From: a bacterium
GTDB taxonomy: Bacteria; RBG-13-61-14; DATKZS01
Reading direction: 5' to 3'
Length of the DNA: 64,000 nt
NCBI GenBank assembly: GCA_963674965.2
Contig: CAXXFL010000001.1
Span: 32,001-96,000, forward strand
Shown in pieces: positions 21,301-29,940 of this stretch. The position numbers and the translations under genes are program-made. Below the pieces are notes generated by a model. It had not been told where the DNA came from. It saw only the letters and a program-made list of their open reading frames with translations, and ran no database searches. Within the stretch, counting starts at the first letter, position 1. The number at the start of each line of letters is the position of its first letter.

Positions 21301-23203
21301 GCCGGACGTTTTGTCGCGCGTTCTTTTCCTCGATCAGCCGGCGGTGTTCGACGACGTCTCGAACGTTGACTGGGGCGAGATGCCCAGGAACTTCGCCCGT
21401 GAGGTCAAGGAGATGATCGGAAGAGGATACAAGTCCCTGATCAACTACCCCCTCGTGTTCCGGGGCGAGGTCATGGGCACCCTCCACGCGCTCTCGAGCG
21501 AGAAGGCCTTCTACGGGGCCGAGCACCTGTCCAGGCTCAGCCAGTTCGCCGGGCCCATTACCATGAGCCTGGCCAACGCCCGGCTCTTCAACCAGATACA
21601 GAAGAAGAACCGGGACCTGTCCAGGCGCACCGAGTGGATGGCCGAGCTGATCTCGGCGGGACAGGAAATACATTTCGGCATGGAGCCGGACGAGATGCTC
21701 GCTCGGCTTATCAAGCCCTACATGAAGGCGAACGAGAACATCAGGATCACGGCCTGGCTCAAGGGGGCCGAGGGCGGGGGCCTTCGCCTGGCCGCCGGCC
21801 GGGGCCTTCGGAGGCTGGGCAAGGCCCGGCTCGAGCTGGCGGAGGAGTATCTGGATAAAATCCGAAGCGACAACCGCATCCTCGAGTTCGGGGACCTGAA
21901 AGAGGAGGGGCCTTATCGTGCCCTTTTCAAGAAAAGCAAGGCCGCCATCATCGTGCCCATGACGGCCTTCGACCAGTGGCTCGGCGTTCTCAGCCTCGAG
22001 AGCGAGCGTCCCTTCTCGGAGGAGGACAAGTTCGAGGCCCGGGTCATGGCCGCCCACGTGGCGGGGGTGATGAGGAACCTGTTCTTCTACCACGAGCTTG
22101 ACCTTTCCGCCAGGTACCAGCGGGGCCTTATTGACGACGCCAACGCCCTTATCCTCATCATCGACCGGGACGGCAAAATCGCCCTGATCAACAACGCCCT
22201 CCAGGAGCTGATGGGCGTGAGCGAGGAAGGGTACGTCGGCGTCGGCTTCGGCGAGATATTCGAGAGGCACCTGCTCATCGAGTATGAGGGAAGACCCATT
22301 ACCGCGGGAGACGAGAAATTCCGGGGGCTTACCGGCCGGGTCCGCCGCGGCGAGAGCCTGGCCAACCTGCGGGTCAACATATCCACGCCCGCCGGCCAGA
22401 AAAGCAGGGCCATCTTCAACACGTCCTCCATCCTCGACCGGGAGGGCAGGTTCCAGGGCTTCATCGCCATCGGCCAGAACATCACCCGCTACCAGGAACT
22501 GGAGAACCACCTGCTCCAGGCCGAGAAGCTGGCCACCGTGGGCCGCATGTCCGCGGGCATAGCCCACGACCTGGCCAACCCCATCACCAGCGTCATCAAC
22601 TCCGCCCGGCTGCTCGAGGGTCAGAGCGAGCTCAGCGCCAAGGGCCGGGACAGGGTCGAGTGTCTCATCGAGGACGCGGAAAGGATTCGACAGTTGTCTC
22701 AGAACCTGATGAGCTACGCCCGTCCCTCCCGGGAGCAACTCTTTCCCGTTGACGCCGGGCGGATGATCGAGGAGTCGCTCAGTTTCTCGCGCTACGAGCT
22801 CGAGCGCGACGGGGTGACGGTCGAGGTCGAGGTCCCCGCCGACCTTCCCCCCATCCGCGGCATCAAGGACCAGCTCCAGCAGGTTTTCATCAACCTCCTG
22901 GTCAACGCCAGCCACGCCTGCGCGGAAAAAGGGGGGGGACGGGTGCGGGTGCGCGGGGGCAAGGGCGAGGGAGACACGGTGACGATAACGGTCGAGGACG
23001 ACGGCGCGGGCATTTCGCCGGAGGACCTTCCCCGCCTCTTCGATCCCTTTTTCACCACCAAGCCCGAGGGCAAGGGCACGGGCCTCGGACTTTCCATCAT
23101 CAAGGAGATAATCAGCCGGCACAAGGGCGAGGTGTCGGTGGTCAGCCGGCCGGGGGAAGGCGCGACCTTTACGGTCGTTCTTCCCGTTTTCACTACTAAT
23201 TGA
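18332..23203 (+). CDS. Large cytoplasmic PAS/GAF sensor histidine kinase with two HisKA domains
   Basis: GTG overlaps larC stop; H-boxes AAAHELNQPL and IAHDLANPI; several PAS and GAF segments; single HATPase (QVFINLLVNA, DDGAG, FDPFFTTK, GTGLGL). Confidence 0.9.
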   Translation: MKKKVLLVDVPRGGLASLAKDLANKGYAVERSAGEVPAPSPAGENLAGAVVHHKRAREVKKLRGLAGMDAVPIILWFPSGAGPGPKAAEVADDFMVGKVLADELLARFKAAEKDLKLKLPWLQDSLQALTRIGRSTAGRGSDFSVLAITAREVERVMPGVRCSIMMLSSKGGSGMVITQGDRPEPLNIRLEFKKYPEIRKMLDTRKPVSITNVRRHPLMKEVRDILSATDLFSILVVPIFFRDEVIGLIMLRSVGAPRPFERIEISFLEMVAQSTAVSLRNIRLGREVSEEVKRKREAKRLAKRKTSDLARMETLFDHASDGVLVVDSDGGIKSANVNFLRLSGYARREVEKRNIDDFLFPTPDDVVTVSMEIGRLGQEKREYKASRFSQVLRGKSGARLFVALRVESLPTRDEWLISMHDLTEERELEDALRRTKEFLENVINSSMDAIIAADMTGSIILFNAAAESISGYKAEDVVGRMSIVDFYAPGVARDIMRKLRSEDYGGKGKLESSYNTLISSDGREIPINISAAIVYEDGREVASVGIFQDQRERIRIEKELREAQEKLMESRQRSHLMALSGAAAHELNQPLTSILGYLELLRRVERNLMEAQPENPSVASLHNAAEVIGQEAERMAEVVRKIGQVTEFETREYVGGARIMDLDRAQGDRADENAPIWQTLFNHMKEAVFVAGEDTVVTMANPASVTFTGENPVGKSFTRYLKGQDYTLAMEAMERVKKGEAVPIEIEAEIPSGDRRLVDALALPIPSSGEMMTIYSDVTERRRLENEHRDFASFREQIYKNSSVPFIVFDVDSRITFWNRAAENLFGYAYEEVKGKNVGFLIQGFVPAHHQEHLRRLRKERDLTEEIRLVKKSGEVFRAYYVNSLMRDEDGKTAGFLSMIFDLTERRAFEAELRQKTEQITVMSDISDAVRAGEALEEVLGGALRKLSRVFPLDMCAVVVRDEAESELKVLNYVPEQGRLTRNVISTSAEPDVLSRVLFLDQPAVFDDVSNVDWGEMPRNFAREVKEMIGRGYKSLINYPLVFRGEVMGTLHALSSEKAFYGAEHLSRLSQFAGPITMSLANARLFNQIQKKNRDLSRRTEWMAELISAGQEIHFGMEPDEMLARLIKPYMKANENIRITAWLKGAEGGGLRLAAGRGLRRLGKARLELAEEYLDKIRSDNRILEFGDLKEEGPYRALFKKSKAAIIVPMTAFDQWLGVLSLESERPFSEEDKFEARVMAAHVAGVMRNLFFYHELDLSARYQRGLIDDANALILIIDRDGKIALINNALQELMGVSEEGYVGVGFGEIFERHLLIEYEGRPITAGDEKFRGLTGRVRRGESLANLRVNISTPAGQKSRAIFNTSSILDREGRFQGFIAIGQNITRYQELENHLLQAEKLATVGRMSAGIAHDLANPITSVINSARLLEGQSELSAKGRDRVECLIEDAERIRQLSQNLMSYARPSREQLFPVDAGRMIEESLSFSRYELERDGVTVEVEVPADLPPIRGIKDQLQQVFINLLVNASHACAEKGGGRVRVRGGKGEGDTVTITVEDDGAGISPEDLPRLFDPFFTTKPEGKGTGLGLSIIKEIISRHKGEVSVVSRPGEGATFTVVLPVFTTN

Positions 23204-23223
23204 AACATCCATCGGGAGGCGTC

Positions 23224-24882
23224 ATGGCTGAGAAGAGGAAACTTAGGCTGGGAGAGATACTCCGGGAGATGGGACTGGTCTCGGAGGAGGACGTTACCCG
23301 CGCCCTCAAGGCGGGCAAGGAAAGCGGCCTCCGCGTGGGCGAGGCCCTCATCGAGCTGGGCATCCTGACCGAGGACAGGATGCTGTGGGCGCTGGCCGAG
23401 CAGCTCGGCCTCAGCTTCATCCGGATCGCGCCCGACCAGATCAACGAGGCGGCCGTGCGCCTGATACCGGAGGACATGGCCCGGAGCAGGCTGGTCCTTC
23501 CCCTCATCCAGATCGGCCCCGAGTTGACCCTGGCGGTCAACGACCCCCTGCAGGACGAGCTCTTCGAGGACGTGGCGCGCCTGTCGGGGTGCGAGGTCCA
23601 CCTTTCCCTCGCCCGTGCCGAGGAAATAGTTGACGGCCTTAACCAGGTTTACGGCAAGGCGGCCGAGGCCGAGTTCGAGCCCGAGTCGTCCCTGTCCTCG
23701 GACCGCTACCCGGACAAGGAACTCTCTTACATGGCCGCCGACAAGGGGGCCTCCCGCCTGCTCGAGCGCCTGCTCAAGGACTGCCTCGAGAACAACGTGA
23801 ACGCCGTGCATCTCAAGATTCGGGGAGGCAAGGCCCAGGTCATGTTCCGGGAGGAGGGCGTGATGAAGGTCGTCCTGGAGATGGGGGCCGGCTGGGGCAG
23901 GGCCATCCTCACCCGGCTGAGCCTGATGACGGGCGAGTCTCGCGAGATCGGCTCGTCTCGCTCCTGGCGCATCGAGGCGCAAGTGGAGGGCTCGGCCCTG
24001 GGCCTGGACGTCTCTAGGCTCCAGGTGAGGGGGGGCGAGGCCGCCCTCATCCGCGTGCTGGGCAAGAGGGCCAAGAAGATGCCCGTGAACAAGCTCGGGC
24101 TGACCCCCACCCAGCGCGGCCTTATCGAGGGCATGCTGGCCACCCCGGGGCTGATCGTCGTCACCGGGCCCGGCGACTCGGGCCGGGCCACCACCGTGGC
24201 CAGCCTGCTCGGCGGGTTCGACCCCGCCTCGAGCAGGATCGTCACGGCCGAGGACTGGATCAGGACGGAGGACCCCGGCGTCCTCCAGGTCGCCTCCGAG
24301 ACCCTTCCCAAGGGGGAGTCCAAGGTGCGGGCCCTCACCTCGCTCGATCCCGACGTCCTTTACATCGAGAGCCTCGAGACGGCCGGGGAAATGGAATGGG
24401 CCCTGCGCGCCGGCATGAGGGGGGCCTTTATCTTCACCCTCCTCGACTTCAGGCGGGCGGCCTCGGCCCTCAATTACCTGGCCGGGCTGGGCATTCACCC
24501 GTCCCTGGTGGCGGAGGGGTTGTCCGGCGTCGTGGCCCAACGGCTGGTCCGGGTCCTTTGCGACAAGTGCAAAAGCGAGGTCAAGCTTAAAAAGAGCCAA
24601 CTGGCCGGCTTCGACGGGGTGGTGACCGAGGTCCTGACCTCGGGCCCGGTCTACAAGACCAAGGGCTGCAAGGCGTGCGGCGGGACCGGATACAAGGGAA
24701 GGGCCGCGGCCTTCGAGGTGCTGGCCCTCGACCACCGGCTGAGGGAGGCGGTGGCCTCCGGCATCTCCGTGGCCGGATTGCCCATGGACTACGGCAAGCC
24801 GGACCTCGAGCTGCCCCACCGAGTGCTCGAGCTGATAAAAAAAGGCGTTTGCGGCTGGGAAGAAATCCTGCCCTTCAGATAA
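23224..24882 (+). CDS. MshEN-domain GspE/PilB-like protein with degenerate ATPase motifs
   Basis: RLGEIL...RVGEAL tandem; AQRLVRVLC..C and GC..C..TGYKGR Zn motif; Walker A reads GPGDSGRATT. Confidence 0.85.
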   Translation: MAEKRKLRLGEILREMGLVSEEDVTRALKAGKESGLRVGEALIELGILTEDRMLWALAEQLGLSFIRIAPDQINEAAVRLIPEDMARSRLVLPLIQIGPELTLAVNDPLQDELFEDVARLSGCEVHLSLARAEEIVDGLNQVYGKAAEAEFEPESSLSSDRYPDKELSYMAADKGASRLLERLLKDCLENNVNAVHLKIRGGKAQVMFREEGVMKVVLEMGAGWGRAILTRLSLMTGESREIGSSRSWRIEAQVEGSALGLDVSRLQVRGGEAALIRVLGKRAKKMPVNKLGLTPTQRGLIEGMLATPGLIVVTGPGDSGRATTVASLLGGFDPASSRIVTAEDWIRTEDPGVLQVASETLPKGESKVRALTSLDPDVLYIESLETAGEMEWALRAGMRGAFIFTLLDFRRAASALNYLAGLGIHPSLVAEGLSGVVAQRLVRVLCDKCKSEVKLKKSQLAGFDGVVTEVLTSGPVYKTKGCKACGGTGYKGRAAAFEVLALDHRLREAVASGISVAGLPMDYGKPDLELPHRVLELIKKGVCGWEEILPFR

Positions 24883-24908
24883 TTACCACCTAAGCCGGAG
24901 TCGGGAAA

Positions 24909-25961
24909 ATGGCCAAGATAGATCAATTCTTTCAAGCGATGCTCGATAAGGGGGCCTCGGACCTGCACCTCACCTCGGGCGCGCCCCCCATGGTAAGGCA
25001 GCACGGCGACATGACGCCCCTCTCGGACAAGGCCCTCACGCCCAAGCAGACGAGGGAGCTGCTCCTCGAGATGCTCTCCGAGGCCAAGCAGGAAAAATTC
25101 AAGAAGACGCGGGACCTGGACTTCGCCTACGAGATGGGCGAGTACCGGTTCCGGGCCAACTTCTTTTTCCAGAGGAAGGGAGTGGGGGCCGTGTTCCGCG
25201 TCATTCCCGCCAGGATACTCTCGGTGGAGGACCTGGGCTTGCCGGCGCAGATACTGAAGCTGGCCGCCTTCAAAAAGGGGCTGGTGCTGGTCACGGGCGG
25301 CACGGGCTCGGGCAAGTCGACCACCCTGGCCGCCCTCATCGACTACATCAACGTCAACCGCAAGGAGCACGTTATCACCGTCGAGGACCCCATCGAGTTC
25401 GTGCACGAGAACAAGAAGAGCCTTATTAACCAGCGCGAGGTGGGGACCCACACGGTAAGCTTCGCCGCCGCCCTCAAGGCCGCCCTGCGGGAGGACCCCG
25501 ACATCATCCTGGTCGGCGAGATGAGGGACCTCGAGACCATCGAGCTGGCCATTACCGCGGCCGAGACGGGACACCTGGTGTTCGGGACCCTCCACACCTC
25601 GAGCGCGCCCAAGACCGTGGATCGGATCATCAACGTCTTTCCCACCACCCAGCAGGAGCAAATAAGGACAATGTTAAGCGAGTCACTGCGCGGCGTCGTC
25701 TCGCAAAACCTCCTTAAAAAAGCCGACGGAAAAGGTAGGGTTGCGGCCCTCGAGATACTGGTGGCCACCAGCGCCTCGAACAACCTGATTCGGGAGAACA
25801 AGACCTTCCAACTCAACTCCGTCATTCAGACCGGCAAAAGGGACGGCATGCAGACCATGGACCAGGCCATCATGGAGCACCTCATGGCCAAAAGGATCAC
25901 GGCCCAGGAGGCCTATACCTACGCCGTGGAAAAAAGACAGTTCGAGTCGTTCCTGAAATAG
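24909..25961 (+). CDS. pilT: Type IV pilus retraction ATPase PilT
   Basis: ASDLHL, GGTGSGKSTT, TVEDPIEF, LREDPDIILVGEMRD, ETGHLVFGTLHT, NLIRENK, GMQTMD. Confidence 0.93.
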   Translation: MAKIDQFFQAMLDKGASDLHLTSGAPPMVRQHGDMTPLSDKALTPKQTRELLLEMLSEAKQEKFKKTRDLDFAYEMGEYRFRANFFFQRKGVGAVFRVIPARILSVEDLGLPAQILKLAAFKKGLVLVTGGTGSGKSTTLAALIDYINVNRKEHVITVEDPIEFVHENKKSLINQREVGTHTVSFAAALKAALREDPDIILVGEMRDLETIELAITAAETGHLVFGTLHTSSAPKTVDRIINVFPTTQQEQIRTMLSESLRGVVSQNLLKKADGKGRVAALEILVATSASNNLIRENKTFQLNSVIQTGKRDGMQTMDQAIMEHLMAKRITAQEAYTYAVEKRQFESFLK

Positions 25962-25970
25962 GGCCGCGCC

Positions 25971-28379
25971 TTAGCGCCCCGTCCGCTCGAGATACCGGGC
26001 CATGACCTCCTCGAGGGCCGCGCCGTCCCGGAGGACCAGTATCAGGTCCGTCGGGTTGTCCCTCCCGCCCGGGTCGTAATCGATCTCGAGCCGCGACTCC
26101 TTCTCCTTGAACTCGAAGCCGGCCTCGCGGCGGGTCCCGTCCATCATCAGCCTCACGGAGGATGACGGCCGCGAAAGACCGGGCGAGCGGACCCTGGCCA
26201 CGCCCCTTCCCGAGGCGCTCACCATGACGTAATCCGGACCCTTGACGATGACCCCGAACTTGCCGGTGAAGCTCATCTCGTCTTCCCCATACTCGACGCG
26301 GCCGCCCCGCGGGTCGTCGAGCAGGGCCGCCCGCAGCCCGCCGTCCGCGATGGAAACAAAGGACGCCGTCTTGGCGCCCGCCGCCAGTCGCATATCGCTC
26401 GCGCCTCCCGCGAAGAATACGGGGCCGTCGAAGGGCCCGGCGCCGCGGTTGACGACCGATAAGATCACGGGAGACCCCGGCGGTCCTCTCCTCTCGATCA
26501 CGTCCACCTCGTCCGCGTCCGTCCAAGCCCTTTTAAGGACCACGCCCTTTCGCCGGGCCATCTCTTCCAGTTCCCGATAACCCCGGCCCTCGCCGTACCA
26601 GAAAACCTCGGGCCCGTCCTCCATCCCCTCGGCGGCCTCGAGGTCGAAAAATTTCCTCGAGCCCTCGGGCAGCGCGAGGATTTCGTATTCTCCGATTTGT
26701 CCCGGTTTCAAATGGTCCAGATGGACCACGTCGAACTCGGCGTGGCGTTTCACAAGGTCACCCGCGATGAGCATGGACCGCTCGGCCAGGTTGGCGCCTC
26801 GGGTAAACTCGGCCAGGGCCTTATGCCGGGTCCGCCGATGGGGCCGGTTGAAGTTGAACCTGAAGTCCCAGTTCCAGGCGCGCTCGGGTTTGTGGCTATA
26901 GCCGACCGCCAACCGGGGCCTCTCGCGGCCGGGAAGGAAACCGCCCGAGCGCTCCATGAACAAATAGGTCAGCTTGCCGTTCCAGAAGCAATCGCGGGTC
27001 CTTCCCTCCGGCGTCACGCAGGCCTCCATGCCCCACGAGCGGCCCGGGGCCACCTCGCGGTTGTCGGGACGGGCCTGAAGCCCGACGTATATATTGGCCG
27101 CGTCCGCTCCCCAGGCGATGGGGGCCTGGAAGTAAAGCCGCCTCGAGCAGGTTATCTCGGGAACGAAGGCGGGGTACGGACTCGAGAGGGTACCGGAAAG
27201 ACTCGTCCGCCAAACCGCCATGTGCACGTACTCGTCCCAGTTGTACTTGTAGACCAGGTCCCCCGTGAAGATGGTCCAGGGACGATAGACCTCGGCGTAA
27301 ACGTTGGTCCCCAGCCAGCCGCCCGAGGCCTCGGCCATTCCGCCCAGGTCGCCCAGCATGCCGGCCATGTCCCAGGGCATGCACAGAAGGTCCTGGAAGG
27401 TCGGCGCGTAAAAGCCGACTTCTATAAGGGCCTCGCGGTAGCGGCGGAGGGCCTCCACGTACTGCCACTCCGCGAACTCGTCAAGGTCCAGGTATATCTG
27501 GAATTCCTCGCCGCTCCTGGGGTCATTCCACCTGGAGGGCATGGGCGCGTCCCGGAAAGAGGAATAGGCTGAGCCGTGGGCCGCGTTCAGGCGCTGGACG
27601 CTGCCGTACTTGTCCTTTAGCCACTCGGGCCAGGCCGTTTGGACCTGGTAGGCGTTATAGTCCGCCTTGAAGTTGTGAGTGAGGTAATTCGAGAGCGTGA
27701 CGAACCCGTCGCCCGGCGTCTCGTTATCCACCTGCACCGCCACGATGGGGCCGTCCGGCCACTGGCGGGGGACAGCGACCTTGGCGACCTCCCCGTAATA
27801 GCGCCGTACCAGCTCCAGGTAAAGGGGATGGAGATAGGATACGCGGGGCATGCCCGAGTCGCCGTGCATATAGGGCTTGCCGCGCTTATCGAGGGCGGCG
27901 GTCTCGGGGTAATCCCTAATAAGCCAGTGCGGTACGCCGCCCGCGTTGGTCTCGGCGTCGATAAAGGGCCCGGGCTTGAGTATGACCTTGAGCCCCCGCT
28001 CGGCGCAGAGGTCGAGGAAACCGGCCAGGTCCCTTTCCGGCCGGGTCCTTCCCGTGAAGTCGAAGTCCCCCTCCTCCATCTCGTGCCATCCCCAGTGAAC
28101 GTAGGTCGAAACGCAGTCGGCGTTGTACTGGGCCATCCTCGTCAGGAGCGGCCCCCACTTGTCGCGGGGAAACCTGAAGTACTGGAACTCGACCGACCTC
28201 AGCGGCTCGTCGTAGCGGGAGGAACGAAAATAGTCCCGCTCCGCTCCGGCGCCCGTCCGCCCTTGTCCCGTATAGCCAAGGAGCAGGGCCAACATGGCGA
28301 GGCAAGGAACGATCCTCAAGGGGCGCGCGCCCGCCGGGCTCGCAGCCCTTGGCCGATTCTCGCGTGGTGAAGATTTCAT
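25971..28379 (-). CDS. Beta-galactosidase-like glycoside hydrolase (GH35-like), probable signal peptide
   Basis: QYFR.P...W, TYVHWGWHE..EG.FDF.G, LKPGPFIDAE..GG.P.W, GPIVAVQVDNE. Confidence 0.78.
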   Translation of the reverse strand: MKSSPRENRPRAASPAGARPLRIVPCLAMLALLLGYTGQGRTGAGAERDYFRSSRYDEPLRSVEFQYFRFPRDKWGPLLTRMAQYNADCVSTYVHWGWHEMEEGDFDFTGRTRPERDLAGFLDLCAERGLKVILKPGPFIDAETNAGGVPHWLIRDYPETAALDKRGKPYMHGDSGMPRVSYLHPLYLELVRRYYGEVAKVAVPRQWPDGPIVAVQVDNETPGDGFVTLSNYLTHNFKADYNAYQVQTAWPEWLKDKYGSVQRLNAAHGSAYSSFRDAPMPSRWNDPRSGEEFQIYLDLDEFAEWQYVEALRRYREALIEVGFYAPTFQDLLCMPWDMAGMLGDLGGMAEASGGWLGTNVYAEVYRPWTIFTGDLVYKYNWDEYVHMAVWRTSLSGTLSSPYPAFVPEITCSRRLYFQAPIAWGADAANIYVGLQARPDNREVAPGRSWGMEACVTPEGRTRDCFWNGKLTYLFMERSGGFLPGRERPRLAVGYSHKPERAWNWDFRFNFNRPHRRTRHKALAEFTRGANLAERSMLIAGDLVKRHAEFDVVHLDHLKPGQIGEYEILALPEGSRKFFDLEAAEGMEDGPEVFWYGEGRGYRELEEMARRKGVVLKRAWTDADEVDVIERRGPPGSPVILSVVNRGAGPFDGPVFFAGGASDMRLAAGAKTASFVSIADGGLRAALLDDPRGGRVEYGEDEMSFTGKFGVIVKGPDYVMVSASGRGVARVRSPGLSRPSSSVRLMMDGTRREAGFEFKEKESRLEIDYDPGGRDNPTDLILVLRDGAALEEVMARYLERTGR

Positions 28380-28518
28380 ATTGACGGATTTTACAGCCCG
28401 TCGCGGATGACTTCAAAACGCGCCGCGCTCCCTCGAGCTTAGCGGCTTTCAATCCTCCTTCTTGCCGAGCGCCGCCAAATTGAGGATACTATTTCCCACG
28501 CCCGCGAGGGACAAGAAG

Positions 28519-29934
28519 ATGGACGAGTTCACGAGAAAAATCGAGACGGCCATTAAAAGGCGGTCGCTACTCGAGCGCGGAGACGCGGCGCTGGTGGGGC
28601 TTTCCGGCGGCCCGGACTCGGTGGCCCTCCTTCTCGCGCTGGCCGAGCTGGCCCCCGCCTGGGACCTCGAGATACTGGCCGCTCATTTCAACCACGCCTC
28701 GAGGGGAGAAGAGTCCGACTCGGACGAGGAGTTCTGCCGCCGATTGTGCGCCTCCCTCGAGGTCCCCTTTTCCAGCGGCCGAGCGAGCGACCCTCCTTCC
28801 TCCAACTTCGAGAGCTGGGCGCGGGACGCCCGGTACGATTTCCTTCTCGCCGCGGCCTCAAGGCTCGGGGCCTCGAGGCTGGCGGTGGCTCATCACGCCG
28901 ACGACCAGGCCGAGACCCTCATCATCAACCTCCTTCGCGGCTCGGGTTCCTCGGGCCTGGCGGGCATGCCTCCGTCCAGGCGGATGAGTGGACCCGGCGG
29001 CGATGTGACTATTATCAGACCGCTCATCGAGTCCCGGCGGGAGGAAATAATCCGCTTCCTCGATAGGCGCGGACAAGACTACAGGACCGACTCATCCAAC
29101 TCCGACCCGAGGCTCCTTCGCAACCGGGTGCGGCTCGAGGTCATTCCTCTCCTCGAGTCCATCAACCCCGAGGCGAGCCACGTCCTGGCCCGCTCGGCCC
29201 ATGTGCTAGGTCTCGAGTCGGAGGCCGTAAAATGGGCGGCCGGGGAAACGCTCTATCAGTGCCTCAAACTGGAGGGGGACAAGGTCAAGGTGCGACTTGC
29301 CCCCCTCGCCGGCGTCTTGCCCGGAATCCGGCTGGCCGTTTTCAGGGAGGCCATAAGGCACGCGGCCGGTTCCCTTCGCCGCCTTGGTCTTGCCCACTTC
29401 ACGGCGGTGGACGACCTGGCCGTCCTGGGCCCGGCTCACGGCTCGATCGACTTGCCGGGGCTGACCGTGAAAAGGGAATACGACGCGATCGAGATTGTCC
29501 CGGCGGGCGGGGAGCGGGAAGAAAACGAGGTACCCCGCGCCCCCCTCGAGATCGAGTTGCCCGTGCCCGGCGAGGTGGTCTGGCCCGGTCCCGAGGGGAT
29601 TGACTACAGGATTCGCGTCGAGCGGGCCGAGTTACCCACGTCGCGGCCCGACCACTCCTCCGAGGCGTGGCTGGATGAGGCGTTCGTGGCCGGGAAGACG
29701 CGGGCGCGCCGGCGCGGGCCGGGCGACTCGTTCACGCCTCGGGGCATGGAAGGAAGACGCAAGCTAAAGGACGTAATGAACGAGATGCGGGTCCCCCCCC
29801 GGATGAGGGACGACTGGCCGATTATTTGCGACGACGAGAAAATCCTCTGGGTCCCGGGCTTTCGTCCCTCCGGTCCCGAGCCGGGAAACAAGGCAAAAGC
29901 CCTGAGGCTTTCCATTTCCCCGCCCCTCGGATAA
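28519..29934 (+). CDS. tilS: tRNA(Ile)-lysidine synthetase
   Basis: SGGPDS, HFNH..R, E.WARDARY, AHHADDQAET, IRPL, DSSN...RNRVR; TilS C-terminal domain. Confidence 0.95.
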   Translation: MDEFTRKIETAIKRRSLLERGDAALVGLSGGPDSVALLLALAELAPAWDLEILAAHFNHASRGEESDSDEEFCRRLCASLEVPFSSGRASDPPSSNFESWARDARYDFLLAAASRLGASRLAVAHHADDQAETLIINLLRGSGSSGLAGMPPSRRMSGPGGDVTIIRPLIESRREEIIRFLDRRGQDYRTDSSNSDPRLLRNRVRLEVIPLLESINPEASHVLARSAHVLGLESEAVKWAAGETLYQCLKLEGDKVKVRLAPLAGVLPGIRLAVFREAIRHAAGSLRRLGLAHFTAVDDLAVLGPAHGSIDLPGLTVKREYDAIEIVPAGGEREENEVPRAPLEIELPVPGEVVWPGPEGIDYRIRVERAELPTSRPDHSSEAWLDEAFVAGKTRARRRGPGDSFTPRGMEGRRKLKDVMNEMRVPPRMRDDWPIICDDEKILWVPGFRPSGPEPGNKAKALRLSISPPLG

Positions 29935-29940
29935 GCCGCC

